From Antedon mediterranea (Eukaryota; Animalia; Echinodermata), in contig NC_092671.1 of NCBI RefSeq assembly GCF_964355755.1, positions 7,502,001 through 7,566,000 on the forward strand: 64,000 nucleotides of DNA, given 5' to 3'. Shown one piece after another: positions 41,010 to 54,750 of this stretch. How positions within the stretch are numbered: position 1 is the first letter of the stretch; every line of letters begins with the position of its first letter. Under the pieces are notes generated by a model. That model worked only from the letters and a program-made list of their open reading frames with translations, ran no database searches and was not told where the DNA came from. The position numbers and the translations under genes were made by a program.

Positions 41010-43825
41010 GTGAGTATTAATGAGAGATACACTAAGTTCCTTTCTGTATAATTTCTGTTGAACATTTGTTTGGCCAGGTTCATTCATAGAGTAATAGAAT
41101 CAGTTTTCTTCTTTCATTTGATTGGTTGATTACATATCACATGCCGTGCATTATTGTTATCAATCCTCAAGATTATGTGGTACATTTTTAATAAAAATTA
41201 ATTTTATTTAATTGGTGACTTTTGCATATTCAACAATTGGTAGAGTGCGCGTTTATAAGAGCTGTAAGCCTACTATGCGGCCAAATTGTGAGCATATTAT
41301 TTTGATAGGCCTATAGCCCGGCCTAAATAGACCATTCTATCTTTCAACTTATGAAAATATTCTATCCATTCCAATCATAAACATTCATTGTACAATATAC
41401 AGTATCAGCATTTTGATTAAAATATAATAAGATGTTTGAACGTAATATTTGACAATTGTGCATACTGAAGTGGCGCTCGTTGTACTGTTATTGGCAGTTC
41501 TTTTTGAACAATAGTTTTCTCAAATTTCATTTTCATATTAAAATGTTTCTATTAATCCTGCCATCTTTACTGCAATGTTCAAAACTTTTATTATCATAAT
41601 GCTGAATGTGATTCTTTTCAATTCTCATGGGTCTGTCAACTAGGTGTTATCTCATTCACCCTATGGGTTTCTAGATGATCCTCAAGCTGTAGATTGTGTC
41701 TTTAATTACCACTTTTAAGAGCAGTAAGAGTTTTTTTGTGACACTACATGTTTAAAAATCTGTGATTTTGAATTTTTACGACGTAGAATTGGAATAAATT
41801 TGTGCAAATGTGTTTTGATTAATTGCCAATTTTTTGAAGTGATAATAGTTTAGCATATTATGAATGTATGCTTACGTAAGCTGGGTGCCAACATGTTAAG
41901 TATGATTAAGCCAGAAGGTAAATAAAGTAGGTATTAGGAATATGGAAATTCTGGTAGGCTAACTGTATGTAGGTAGAGAAGGATTAGGTGTCAACAAATT
42001 GATGGTGGATGGGTGGTTAAAATCAGAAAAGTAGAAGACCTTAAAATAGCTTTAGGGTGGGTAGAAGAATTTGATAGAAGGTATGTGCTCCTGCCCACTT
42101 CTCACCTAGAACATCCATTAAAATTAAGGATGGAAATCCTTCAAATAATTTATTGGTTACACACAATTCATTTGATCATAGCACAAGAGTGGGTAGAATT
42201 AGGATTGTCAATATGTGATATTTTACCAGATGGATGACTGAAAATAGTTAATGTCAAAACCATGTTAAAATTAAACTTTATGGATGACCCACACAGCAAA
42301 AACAATTGGATTCTGTTGATTGGCCTACAACTTACTCATTCAATTGTTGCATACAAAAAATATTGGAAATTATAATATAAAATAAGTTTGTATTGGGAGC
42401 ACTGCGTTCAACCAACCAGTTGAAATATGAAATAATAATAGATTTTATAAATCATAAACATTAATATATATTCTCTGAAATAATGGCAAAACATAATAAC
42501 GAGTAGATAGTTATAGTATAACTATAGCATAATGGCACAGTACAGTACAGTATAATGAAATACTTTATCAAAGTCAAATTTGATACACTATTAAATACTG
42601 CCCTCTATAACAGACCTAGTTTCATAACTAATGTTCTAGATTGAATTGTATTGAAATTATGATGTTGGATAGTATCATTGTTTCTTAATATTGCGTCATT
42701 CGGTGTGTATTATTGGAAACTATGTTTTCTTTTCAAAATTTGTATGACAAAGATAATAAACAGTAACGTGGTCTATTGTTATTTTAAGTCATTATAGTAT
42801 TAACTGTACTTTTTGGCTAGGTTTGATTGCATTGAACTTGTCAAATTTGTGTCCCAATTACTGCCCTAAATTTGTTTAAACTTTAATGTTATCGGGGAAG
42901 ACAACAGTTTGATATGACTGTAACATGAGTAAAAGAGTACAATATGCATTTAGTTAATAGTAGTGGATGACGTTTTTAAAAGATTAAATTTAGTAATGAG
43001 TAAATTAATAACAAAAAATAATGATTTGCCATTAATAATCATATAGGTTCACCCAGATTCTCAATCTCCTTACCCTAGAATATGACATTTAAATAAAACC
43101 TTATTTTCAAAACCTTAAATGTTTGAGATTTTTCATGATAAAAGGAATTGATTTACTGTATTTTATTGTGTATCTTTATTTTCGTGTCATTTTAAATTTA
43201 ACAATCATCTATTTTGTAATTATTATTAGGAAAAAGAATAATGGGATTTTGTTATAGTATAATATATTGATTAACTGTTTAGAATCTTTATTCACTATTT
43301 CGGTTCTTAAAATCCCATTAGCGTTACGAACAAAACATAAATGAATGCAATAAAAATTGAAAGATTATCAGGTTCATCTAAAATGATCGCCATTATGATG
43401 CAAGCCGGTTTATTATGACCAATTGTTTTCTCAACAATTTTGTTATTTCTTATTAATGGCGATGGTATTGCCACACAGGGGATACGAAATGAAATCCAAC
43501 ATCAAAAGAAATCAGCAATGATGGATAACATGTGATAAAGTTGTAAGATTAGAATATGAGCATTGTGAAAGGAAATGAGATTTTGGTGATAAACCTCTAT
43601 TTGTTTGGTTATAATAATGGCCTGGTTTGAGGAAGTCATTGTTACTCTAGATATTTCTAACTAATTACAAGTAAATATAACAGTTTTACTGAGCACTTCT
43701 TGAAATGAAGCACTGTGAAATGTGTAGAAAATGTATTCAAATTTTGCTCTTGCTCTAATGACCATGCTTGTCCTACAGCCACTTCAACACCACATTTTAA
43801 AGATGTTCGATTCCACAACATTCGT

Positions 43826-44030
43826 TTAATTCAATTCAATTCAAGTGACATTTATTTACTTCAAAAAAAGACAAGTTAACAAGATGTAGGTAAAAAATAA
43901 AAGATAATAACAGTTGAAGAAGGCATGTTTAAAAAAAAGCAGAATGCTTGTGGAAGACATGCCTATAGACAAAGATGATTTTTAAACAGACATAAAAATA
44001 AAAGAAAACATATCATATACATATTAAACA
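43826..44030 (-). mobile_element. LINE 3' UTR remnant (L2/Crack-like) with terminal stem-loop
   Basis: (TTGAA)3 tail and AATAAA on the - strand; stem-loop AGGCATGT..AAGCA-GAA-TGCTT..ACATGCCT at 43921-43964. Confidence 0.5.
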
Positions 44031-44555
44031 TAGTTGAACAGTCGTCTTCTGGTAAAGAACTGATCCTGAGAAGATCATATCATCTATTCAAATGACATGC
44101 CACTGATTTTAATATTTTGTTTACTTGACAAAACATTAACACATGTTATCCATGAACTCTTTTGAGAGCAATTTTTATTAGTATAATATTATAGAAGAGG
44201 CTTAAGATAACATATTTATATATTTTATTTTAAATCCCTGTCCTTTGAGAGCAGTGCAATAATCAAAACATCTCGACAACAAACACAATCTTTAAAATTC
44301 AAGTTAAGAACTACTCAATTAAACATTTAATATTAAAATGCATCTTTTGATGAAAGATATTAAGATAAGTTTCATCATTTTGCTAGAGTATTTACTTTCT
44401 TTTTGTTCATAAAGTGAAAAGTTCAATATTGTTTTTCCTTGTATTATTTAAAAAAAAAAAATTTTAACATTGGACAAATGAAACTAATTTCAATATAATG
44501 AAAAACACAGAGGTTATTCTCCTACTAATCTATTACCTTTGTATTGTTCTTGTAG

Positions 44556-44675
44556 AGTGGTGCAAGAATTAATATTTCTGATGGCACAACTTACCCAGAA
44601 AGAATCGTCACGATAACAGGATCAACAGATTCAATCATCAAAGCTTTCAAGATGATTACGAATAAATTTGAAGAG
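44556..44675 (+). CDS. PCBP3: PCBP coding exon 4 (SGARINISDGTTYPERIVTITGSTDSIIKAFKMITNKFEE), end of KH1
   Basis: ttgttcttgtag acceptor, GAG|gtaaaa donor, 120 nt open, SGARINIS/PERIVTITG motifs. Confidence 0.95.
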
Positions 44676-45334
44676 GTAAAACATTTTGAATTATTACTTA
44701 GCATATTTTCATGAAATAATTTTAATATTAATATTATTTATGTATTTAATATGCTTGATGTATACTTTCTTTGCATTCATGTGTTTGTATTCTGTCTGTT
44801 ATAATTGCTATTTCTTTGCTGTATACCTGAATACTTGAATCGGCTTGGTGGCTAATATGCCGGCCATGTTACGGTATTTAGTAGCACCACAATTTATACC
44901 TCATAGGCATGTTTAAGTCTTAACAACCTAGAACATGCTGCTGTTACCAGAGAACCGGAACAATCTATTCAGCCCAACGCTACCAATGTTTTGCTTGACT
45001 TGCATATAAGCTCTTGATATAAGTAATGCTTTGTGACTATCGGACTACAAAGAACCAAAGGATCCATGTGTACGCTGCAAATTTGCTGGATCAGCTCTGA
45101 GAAGCCCCACTAAGTTAAGAGAGACGGCCACTACAAATTTGTAAAGAAATGAATAATGGCCGAGTTGCCCGTGGGTTGGGTTGTCCATGGAACTTCATAA
45201 TCGACTCACTACTGTATTTAAATAATTTGATATGATCTGTGTCCTTAAAAATGAATTTTTAAAAAAAAGACCAGATGAAAATTTGTTTTCATGTATGTTT
45301 ATTGTGGATTAGCTACTCTTGTTTTTCGCTCTTA

Positions 45335-45476
45335 AGCTCTGTCTACATTATCAAACTAGTTTGACAAAAAAAGTGTCATGTGTTCCAATATGGTATTGAT
45401 ATGCCCACAAATATGATGGTGATATGACATCATCATGTCCATATATGGGCAAATCACACTTTTTTTTCACAGAGCT
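45335..45476 (-). mobile_element. MITE family A copy with an internal deletion in one TIR
   Basis: TTA+AGCTCTGTCTACATTATCAAACTAGTTTGAC...GGGCAAATCACACTTTTTTTTCAC|AGAGCT. Confidence 0.85.
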
Positions 45477-45518
45477 ATATGCTCTACAACCTTTTAAACA
45501 GTATTTTAGTTTAAGTCT

Positions 45519-45607
45519 ATTAATTCTATGGAAACTTAAACCTATTTTGAAGGCATTTTATTTTAAGTTTATTAATTCTATGGAAACTAACATTATTTCG
45601 AAGGCAT
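45519..45607. repeat. Local duplication (~38 bp x2)
   Basis: ATTAATTCTATGGAAACT..A..TATTT.GAAGGCAT at 45519 and 45571. Confidence 0.8.
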
Positions 45608-48600
45608 GTTAGAAAGAAGGTGAAAGATATTAAAATGATAAACCTAAAAAGCCTATATAAAACAAAAGGACTTTTGTATTGTATGCTCACATACTTTCCG
45701 CTGACAATACAAGCTGTGTTTAAAGGTTTTTGGAATTGAATCTCTGACAAATGCATTATTAATATTGATTTAGCAGTGTGTGCATCAAAATGCATTCCCA
45801 TAGTAGTTAATAGACATTAACGTTATAATGGCGCAAGGTAAACGCATAATGCTTTTAATCTTGATCTGACTTTTTCATATACCTGTATTAGAAAAACAAT
45901 AGAGTATTCTCTATTTTTTTAAATATATATCGGTATATTATTGTTGTATTTTACAAAATTATGGTATTAACTATTTATACTAGTTTAAAACAAGTTTATC
46001 CAAAATGTTATTGTTATATGTTTCTTTGTATCTAAAATTGTTTGCTGTTGAAAATTGAGAGGGAATATCTTTCAAAATTTTACACAAATATGAGATTTTA
46101 TTATTGTATTAAACAACTCCAAATTTAGAGCATTTTATTTTAAAAGTAGGGTGGTGCCAAAAACAGCAAGATTATCTTTCATCAGTAACTAGGGATTAGG
46201 GAGTGTTTCTTTTAAAGCTAGAAATAGAAAAGGTTTGACTAAATGCATTTTGCACATTACACCAATATGCATCAGCATAATGTTTGTTTACTAGACCTAC
46301 AAACAAACCTGTGCTTGATGTCTGTAATTAGTAAGAATTGTTAAAATGCTTTAAATTCCCACACTGATGTAATTTCTTTTCTAATTAGGGCTTTCCTAAT
46401 TAGCAGCCTATTGTGCTAAAAATAAGATGCGTTTTGGCATTTTCTTATTTTTGTATTATTTCAGAAAAAAGCTATAACTTATTCGTAGTTGCAAAATTTA
46501 TTTTATTGTATATAAATATGGACATCATACTGTATTTAATTAATTAACTTTATAATTACTAAATCAATATTAATCATAATTTGCTCGTTTATACCTAAAA
46601 TCTATTATTATTTTCAAGAAATGTATTGTTTGTTGTTAAATAAAGTCAACATATTAGTTATTATTTATTATTAAATGATAATAAAATTAGTAATTCTATT
46701 ACAAAAATTCAGTTATAATTTCTGAAGACAATTCAGATCATTGAGAGGTGAATGTGCATTTTGTTAATTGTTAACTGCCTACTCAAAAGAATAGCTCTGT
46801 AACACACACAACATTTCATGTTCCTTTTCTATGTCATAATATGTTGTCACAAAGCAGACAGTGAGACATAATTGAAAGCAGAGCATTAAGTCATTAACAT
46901 CTATCGGTAGTCGTAGTGGATAAGCGTGCGATTACCTCTTATTTACCTAGGCGACTGATGACGTAAGATAGCACAGTGCTCACTTAAATCTTCACAATGC
47001 TAGTAAAGATAATACGGTTGTTCCCTGTTATGGTAATGCCGCCTGGTCCCAGATTAATTCAGGTACTTAAGTGAAATTCCTTACGGATATCTATGGAAAC
47101 AAATGGAAAATTTACGAGACTTTTTCTGAACAAAATTCAGCAATAAAATCTGTATGCTGCTAAATTATAATATCTGTTTTAAAATTCAAATACAGAAACA
47201 TTTTCATAATAATATTTTCATATTATATTCTAATAAAACTTATTTTATTACAATAACAGACCCATGGAGGTACTGCTTTTCAAAATATACAGAATATATA
47301 TATATAGAATGACCAAAATCGTCAATTAAAATAAAGTAGGTCATCCACTTTTTCTAGAGAAAGAATAACGTGTAAATGTAATTCTAAAAAGTATTGTTAA
47401 AATAGGCTAAAAATCTGTTATTTGTAATAGAATATTGGTATATTGTTTAAAGTTCTATTTTGTAATTATTTAAAAAAATATTATTAAATAATGACCAAAT
47501 AATGGATGAATGATTTTCATATTTGATAAATTAAGGGTATAGATTTATTAAATATGAACAATAATGATTATGAAATTAATAATAAAAAGCCAGAATCTAA
47601 CACATTTTATAGTAAAAAAGAGAATGTCCATTTGCAACATCTAATTTCATATTCCGTACATGACTTGCTACCTGCCACGAAATGCCATTTATTCCCTGTG
47701 GAATATTCATAATTTTATCAACATTTTTTCCTTTAAATTAGAATAGTAATTTGTTACTTTCATAGGATTATCTATGACTGGAATTATGATAAATGCAATT
47801 CTCACTGCTCTCTTCTTAGTCTGCCTGCATCGAGAAATAAAATTGTGTTTTTCAGTTTTTATGTGGTACAAATATACAAAAAATCCATTCGATCTCTCAA
47901 TCTTAAAATGTTTTCTGTGAAAATGTAGTTCACAATTTCAGGAAATAATTCAGTCTTTTTGAAAATTGAGGTCTAGAAAAGTTAACTGTAGTCTGTCTGT
48001 ATAATAGTTTGTAATTCAAATGCAGGCTACCACAGCTCAGAAACTCTAGGTTCATTTTAAATGCCCAAAGACTGAGATTTAACCTCATACAAGAGTCATA
48101 CTATCATGAATCTAGAGACATATTCTTGGATCCATAGTAGCCTTTTTGTTCATACAAGGCCTATTGGTCAACATAGAATCAGATCTGTAGTCGTTGACTG
48201 CTGAGGATTAGGTCTACTTGTTGTGGGGTCACTGTAAATCTTCCAAGTTGCAATAGATTTTTAAAATAATTCAGTAAAAACAGCGATGATGATTATGTTT
48301 AAAGCAGTCCCTGATTCTAATCTTTATAGCCTTGTTCAGTTCATAGAAAAACATATATTTCCTTTATGTTCAGATGATGAATTATACCGCATTTTGGATT
48401 GCTGGCATTTTTGCTTTGAATCTAGTCTACCACAAAATTTCAGTTTTCGCCGTTTTTGTCTGAAAGTGGTATTACAATTACTTTAATACTTCAGTAATAA
48501 TTATTTGCAAATGTTATCTTGATGGTTTTTCAAGTGCTATACTATGCCAATGAGTTGATTGCATTAATCTTCATGATTTTGCTGGCAAGATGATTTTCAT

Positions 48601-49217
48601 GGTAAAAATATATCAATTTATTAAAATTCAAAACGAATTATAATGATAATGACAATAATCGGTATATCAATATAAATGGACAAGTTGATGAGTTAAAACG
48701 TGATGTGGCTATATTTGTTTTATGTCTGCGACATCTTAATCAATCAGGCGACATACCTCATTGCTTTGTTATATTCTATGGCTCCACGCCATCTTCAAAA
48801 TATCCACTTATAATTTTGTTAATCTGTCTTTATACGCATTATATTTACTAGCAAAAATATATTTATTTGATATATAATATTTAGACTTCATTCTCTAATT
48901 TATTCATTACTGTATTTGTTAATTTAAACACGATAGCTTGTTTTGCCATTATTTATCACAATACTGTTGTGTTCGTCTACACGGCCGTGTACAATTATAA
49001 GAAATAGACGAGTAAACCTTGATTGAAAGATCAGTTTTGTTTTTATCCATATCCATGCATCATTGCCGCTATTATGTCACGGTCCATTTGGGTATTACAT
49101 TAACATTAAATATTCTTATTGCTTAGAAATGAATTATCATTTTAAGACCGAATCTCAGCACAGTAGCAGGCTGTCAACAAAAACAACCTTTTGATCAGGT
49201 TTAATTGATATAGTCAG

Positions 49218-49764
49218 TGGATAGTGGCACTGCAACTTGGAGGGTAGTTTTGCTGCAGCTTGGTTGATATAATAGCACTGCATCTTGGTTGATAGTAGCA
49301 CTACATCTTGGTTGATAGTAGCACTGTAGCTTAGTGGGCAGTGGCACTGCAGCTTGGTGGGTAGTGGCATTGCAGCTTGGTGGGTAGTGGTACTGCAGCT
49401 TGAGCGTGGTTGGTAATCTGCAGCTTGGTTGGTAGTGTTGGTGTAGCTTGGTTGATATAATAGCACTGCATCTTGGTTGATAGTAGCACTACATCTTGGT
49501 TGATAGTAGCACTGTAGCTTGGTGGGCAGTGGCACTGCAGCTTGGTAGGTAGTGGCACTCCAGCTTGGTCATAGTGTTGCTGTAGCTTGGTTGATGGTGG
49601 CATTGTAGCTTGGTTGGTAGTGGCACTGCAGCTTGGGAGTAGTCTTGCTGCAGCTTGGTGGGTAGGGCACTGCATTTTGTGTGTGGGTACTAACACTGCA
49701 GCTTTGTGGTCTGTTGCACTGCAGCTTCGTACATAGTGGCATTGCAGCTTGGCTGGCAGTGGCA
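49218..49764. repeat. 23-bp minisatellite (~23 copies), consensus GCACTGCAGCTTGGTGGGTAGTG, with higher-order duplication
   Basis: Direct reading; the block 49257-49369 recurs at 49445-49557. Confidence 0.92.
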
Positions 49765-50069
49765 GGACTACATCATTTGTTCACATGTGAATGGCCTTAA
49801 GAAATTAAGTCTTATAGTTGTTTATTTATAATGAAATGTACATTCACGACCTTTTGATGGCAGCTGAGATTCAATTTAGTTATGATAAAAATAAATCATT
49901 AAGTGAAACTTGATATTATTGCAATACCATTGCTAATGCAACAGGTTTATTGAACCTTTTAATGTCCATGATTGAAGTTAATGAATTTAGTTTTTATGGT
50001 TTATATACTTAAAATATTTGTAGTGAATTCCTTAGAAATATCAATTACGTAAATGTGTATTATATGTAA

Positions 50070-50210
50070 AGCTCTGTCTACACTATCAAACTTTATGTGA
50101 CAAAAAAAAATGTGATGTGCCCATATATGGACATGATGATGTCATATCACTACCATATTTGGGCACATCACACTTTTTTGTCAAACTAGTTTGATAGTGT
50201 AAACAGAGTT
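50070..50210 (+). mobile_element. MITE family A full-length copy (141 bp), the best-preserved copy
   Basis: TAA TSD at 50067-69 and 50211-13; ~60-bp near-palindromic arms. Confidence 0.92.
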
Positions 50211-50235
50211 TAACAGATAATAATTTAACAGATAA

Positions 50236-50400
<165 letters not shown>

Positions 50401-53400
50401 TAGTATTTGTATCAGTCTTCATGTTGTACAGTATGTCGGAGGTCACAGTTCGGTTCACTGAAAATTAATTTCACTCTTCCCTGGTCATGCTATCATGTTT
50501 TAGCTTTGATGCTGCAACTCTACTCTAGTATGACCAAGGCAACAAGACACTGAACATGCCTTGCCAAAATACAGTAGGAACTCGTAACAATCCTTTCATC
50601 TTATGTCTGGCTGCAACAAATACCAAATGTATGTAAGCTCTGCAGCGTGCTGATCATGTTGCAGCCACAGATAAACCCTTAGGAACTCATCATCCTGTTG
50701 ACAATGATTCTAGTTTGTGTGGTTTTGTAATTATAGTATGAATTTCTATGGTTGGTATATTTATTTCAAAATAATGCCAGAGTTCAATAGAGGGTTTCAG
50801 ACACATAGAAAAAATTATTTTTTGAAAATGGTCAAATTTACTGAAACAGAAAATATAGAAGAAGACTACACTAATAATTCAGTATTAATTAATAATCAAA
50901 GGGAATACTGCTATTGTTTTTATTATTTCATTCAATTAATAATGATTATTATTAGGATTAAGATTGGAAAAGAAGTTAAGATCCATCATTGTATTGTTGA
51001 AATTCAACCGAAAAGAATTAGAATTTCAATATTACCAATCTACTTTACGTTTTCTTCTCTGTATAGCATTCAATTTGTTTTTATGTTATTGCATGATGAA
51101 TTCAGTTACTTAATAGTTGCATCGACATTGATGAAAAAAAAAATCTGTTCAAAATTTAAATGACTTGTTTATCAGAAGGCTAGGTAAGTATAGCTAAAAG
51201 CGGTATGAAAAAAAGGTCATGAACTCCAGGTATGCAAACTTGTAACAGTGGCGTTAGTCTGACATTTTCATATTTTTGAGGATGTAAACACTAACGTTGG
51301 CAGCTGTGTTATCCGCATATAGGTGTTGTATTTTTCTACAAATTGCCTAGGGAATACGTTCTTTATGTTGGAAAATCTATGGACTCAAGCTATTTTATAC
51401 TAACTTTGAAATATGTTAGTAAGAAATATAGTTTTGCTTGGTCCTACTGAATAGCTTGGCTTATGGATTTATAAGATTAGATGCATATTATGCCGCAAGA
51501 AAAAAGCAAATACTTCTAGTCTGATAATTATGCACTTGGTGCAGTTTCCATGGCAACATTGATGTTAACTAAAATCTACAGTGTTCACGGTAATATATCT
51601 AGATGCCATACCTTTAGATGATCTTTTTTATATTAAAACTTGCATTCAATATTACACATTTTAAACATTTTCAATTCAGCTTTATAATCAAATATCAATA
51701 TATTTGCATTAATTTATAGGCATATAATCATTTTTTTATTCTTCTTGGTCTGCTGTTTGTTTGTCCATTTATCGGTGTCGCCACTAGTTTCATCAAATTT
51801 TAGGAAAGAATCAATTTTTATGTCTTTAATTCTAGGTTATAAATAAACATTTTAATTAAACTAATCTCCTAATTTTAAACAATGTATAGTAATAAAATAA
51901 TTCTGTTGCCTGCTCAATATTAAGTCTATCTTTCCGTGAGACTTCAAAAATCTATTTAATTATTAAAGGTGTGGTATTTTTGGTATACTGTACTCTATAT
52001 TTATTTTTGATAACATGCCATTCTTCAATGTTTTAATTAAGCCTATTCTAGCACTATAGGAAGAACTGATTATTTGTTAGTATCGTGTTCCGTCTTATAT
52101 TCCCCCAGGAATTTAAGCTCCACAATATTATGCCATCATCTATTAGCATCTGTTCATTAATTTTGACGTTCTTACAATCAATTTCTTGACCTTTCGGAAA
52201 TCACTGTTCTCTGAGATTTTAATGTTGATTAAGATTGATCCATATTATTTCGTGCCGATACATCAACACCTAATAAATTCTCAATGTAAACGACTTTGTC
52301 AAAATCACCCTTATTTCAATTTAATCTAATTAAAGAATCCAAAGGGTATATAAACAGTAAATCGACGATAGTATTCGCCAAAAATCTCAATGATATTTTT
52401 GTTTCTTTAGATTGACGGTAGGTGTAGTTTTATATTAAGAGTGATTTCTCATCTGTGGCATGTTTGCCCAAATGAAAATAATCTATCACACCTCTGGTTT
52501 GTTGCTTAATGGGCCATTATGATAGATCTTTCCCATTCAACAGATTTGTTGATAGGAGCCGAAAAGACAACTCAATTAGAAATTTGAATTAACTCGGCAG
52601 TGATTTCTTTTAGCCTGGCAACGTACATTCTGATCCTGCCTAGAGATAAAGTAGCGCTACACATCTGCCTACTAACACGACAAAACCTTTAATCCCTTGA
52701 TCTATAAAGCTTTTCTATGTCTGGTAATTACTTACATATTTGGAATAGTTTACTTGAAATGGTGTTATGATTAATAATTACAAATTACAAAATAATATTT
52801 TGACTTTGGCCTATTAGTAAATTTGATTTGTGATTTACACTAACAGTACTATATATTTTAATGTACCATACATGGTAACACACATTTTAAATAAAAATGC
52901 TTAATAAAAATATTTGGCAAAGATTTACATGATGTCATTTTTGTAATGCTTTTGAAATTTTTGTTTCAGTTGCCAAAGAATAATTGAAAATCAAAACCTA
53001 TCTGAGATATACTTTATGCAAGGTTTTATAGTTATAGATAGTCATTAACTTTTCATTAAAAAAAAGACAAAACAAATTCTCAGTTATCATTTTCTAGGAA
53101 GTGTTTTTAAAAAACATATTTTCTTTGAGATGCTTATGCATCAATGGCCTTTTGAACATTTATGAAACAAACATCAAATAATGTTTTTTTACAAAACTCC
53201 CAATGGCTATCAGGTAATATGAAGTAAGATGCAATTGTCTGTAAAACCACTATGAAAATGTATATAAAGTGTATTAGTAGGCCCTACCTGAGAATAATAA
53301 AATAGTATTATTATTACTATTGTTAATTTATATAAATATTTGTAAATTATTATTATTATTTCTCACTGTACCATTGTCTCAAGTGAAGTATGTATTAATA

Positions 53401-54099
53401 GTTTCTAATTTTCTTTATCATATCCATTAATTAATTTTAAAATAGTTGAAACAGATGTTTTGGTTTGAAATAATTGGTACTTTTTTATCCAATGAAAAGC
53501 ATATAAAGGAGTCTGGTATTATCTCCATTCATGTTTCTTTCATAGGTATAATTTTTCTTTGTGGAAGATTTCAAGGCAGCCAATCCCATATCTATACAGT
53601 ATATGTTGCTAATTTAATAGATCTCCATCAATAGTACAAGTTACTTTTAGTACTTCTTCTGACATTTGCCTTGAGTAAGACACTTTACTCTATTCACTTG
53701 AATGAGACATTTTGCAGCTAAAAGCACCAACTGTCATGCATGTGTCTACCATGGGAATAGCATCGTTTTTGGTGGAAATCTGTAGTGTAAAGGAATTGCA
53801 CTTTTTAAAATGTCTACAATGTAAAGGCTTTTAGAATTATCTGTAGAATATTACCTGTAGATTTTCAAGGTTTGGATCGTTGCCCTGTCATTTTACCATG
53901 ATTTAAAATCCATCTTTATCTTATATTTCTTATAATTACAGTATAACATAACAGTAATAATATTTATTGGTTTTTTCAAAAATGTCGGAACTCTCTCTCA
54001 ACAGAAGGGTTTGACCCTTTACAAACAAAATTAAAAACTGTACATTATGTATTATATACAAAAAAGTCACACATGATAGAGATCCATAATTATACAATA

Positions 54100-54750
54100 C
54101 AGCCCGCGAAATTTACCTCGGCATTCGGCAATGCCGAGGTAAATGCCGAGGTCCTGCTAGCTTACCACGGCATTGATTTGCCGAGGCTCTTTTTATTGAT
54201 TTAGGCCTTGGAGTAAAATCAAGGCTACCACATACACAGCAAATAGATAGTTTTATGCCTACTGTATTACAGTTTTTTTCAAATTTACCTTCGTTACAAG
54301 TGAATTAAATATATCTTTAAATATTTGTACTGTACGTTGGAGCTATTATTAGGCCTAGGCCTAGACCGCTCCGGCGTTTACAACAACAACGAACCACGCT
54401 CAGCAGCTCTATCGTCGTATGATGTGAGTTTAGTGAGGCATGACAAATCACATGACTTATTGTTACTTGGCTGCTGATCTGAGAGAATGGAAGAGTCCAA
54501 CTTGTATTGGGGATTGAAAACCACGTGGTTTGTTTGTGTGGTTATTATTTAGAGAGCAAGCCGCGCCGCAAATGCGCTTTACATTATAACACAGCTATTT
54601 TTAGGTACAGTACAGTTAATGTGTGTGTGATTGAATACTAAAAATAGCTTTGGGGGCTGAACAAAAAAAATGCCGACGTGTTGCCGAGGTGGGCTTCGTT
54701 TACGTCGGCATTTTTTTGCCGAGGTCATTTCGTCCCAATTTCGAGGGCTG
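54100..54750. mobile_element. 651-bp non-autonomous DNA transposon with CAG...CTG termini and GCCGAGG subterminal repeats
   Basis: TIR CAGCCCGCGAAATT / AATTTCGAGGGCTG (13/14); flanked on both sides by TACAATA; multiple TGCCGAGG/CCTCGGCA repeats near both ends. Confidence 0.85.

Noticed and set aside
49155-49696. ORFs 49155..49535 and 49331..49696 as repetitive proteins
   Set aside because: They lie wholly in a 23-bp (non-triplet) minisatellite; the same peptide words recur in shifting frames; no splice or domain evidence.
50717-51163. Longest ORF in the track (148 aa)
   Set aside because: Non-ATG start, AT-rich I/F/Y/K/N-biased composition, no recognisable motif, intronic.
53660-53700. SINE core-like fragment CCTTGAGTAAGACACTTTACTC
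   Set aside because: Too short and degraded to delimit; no A/B boxes nearby.
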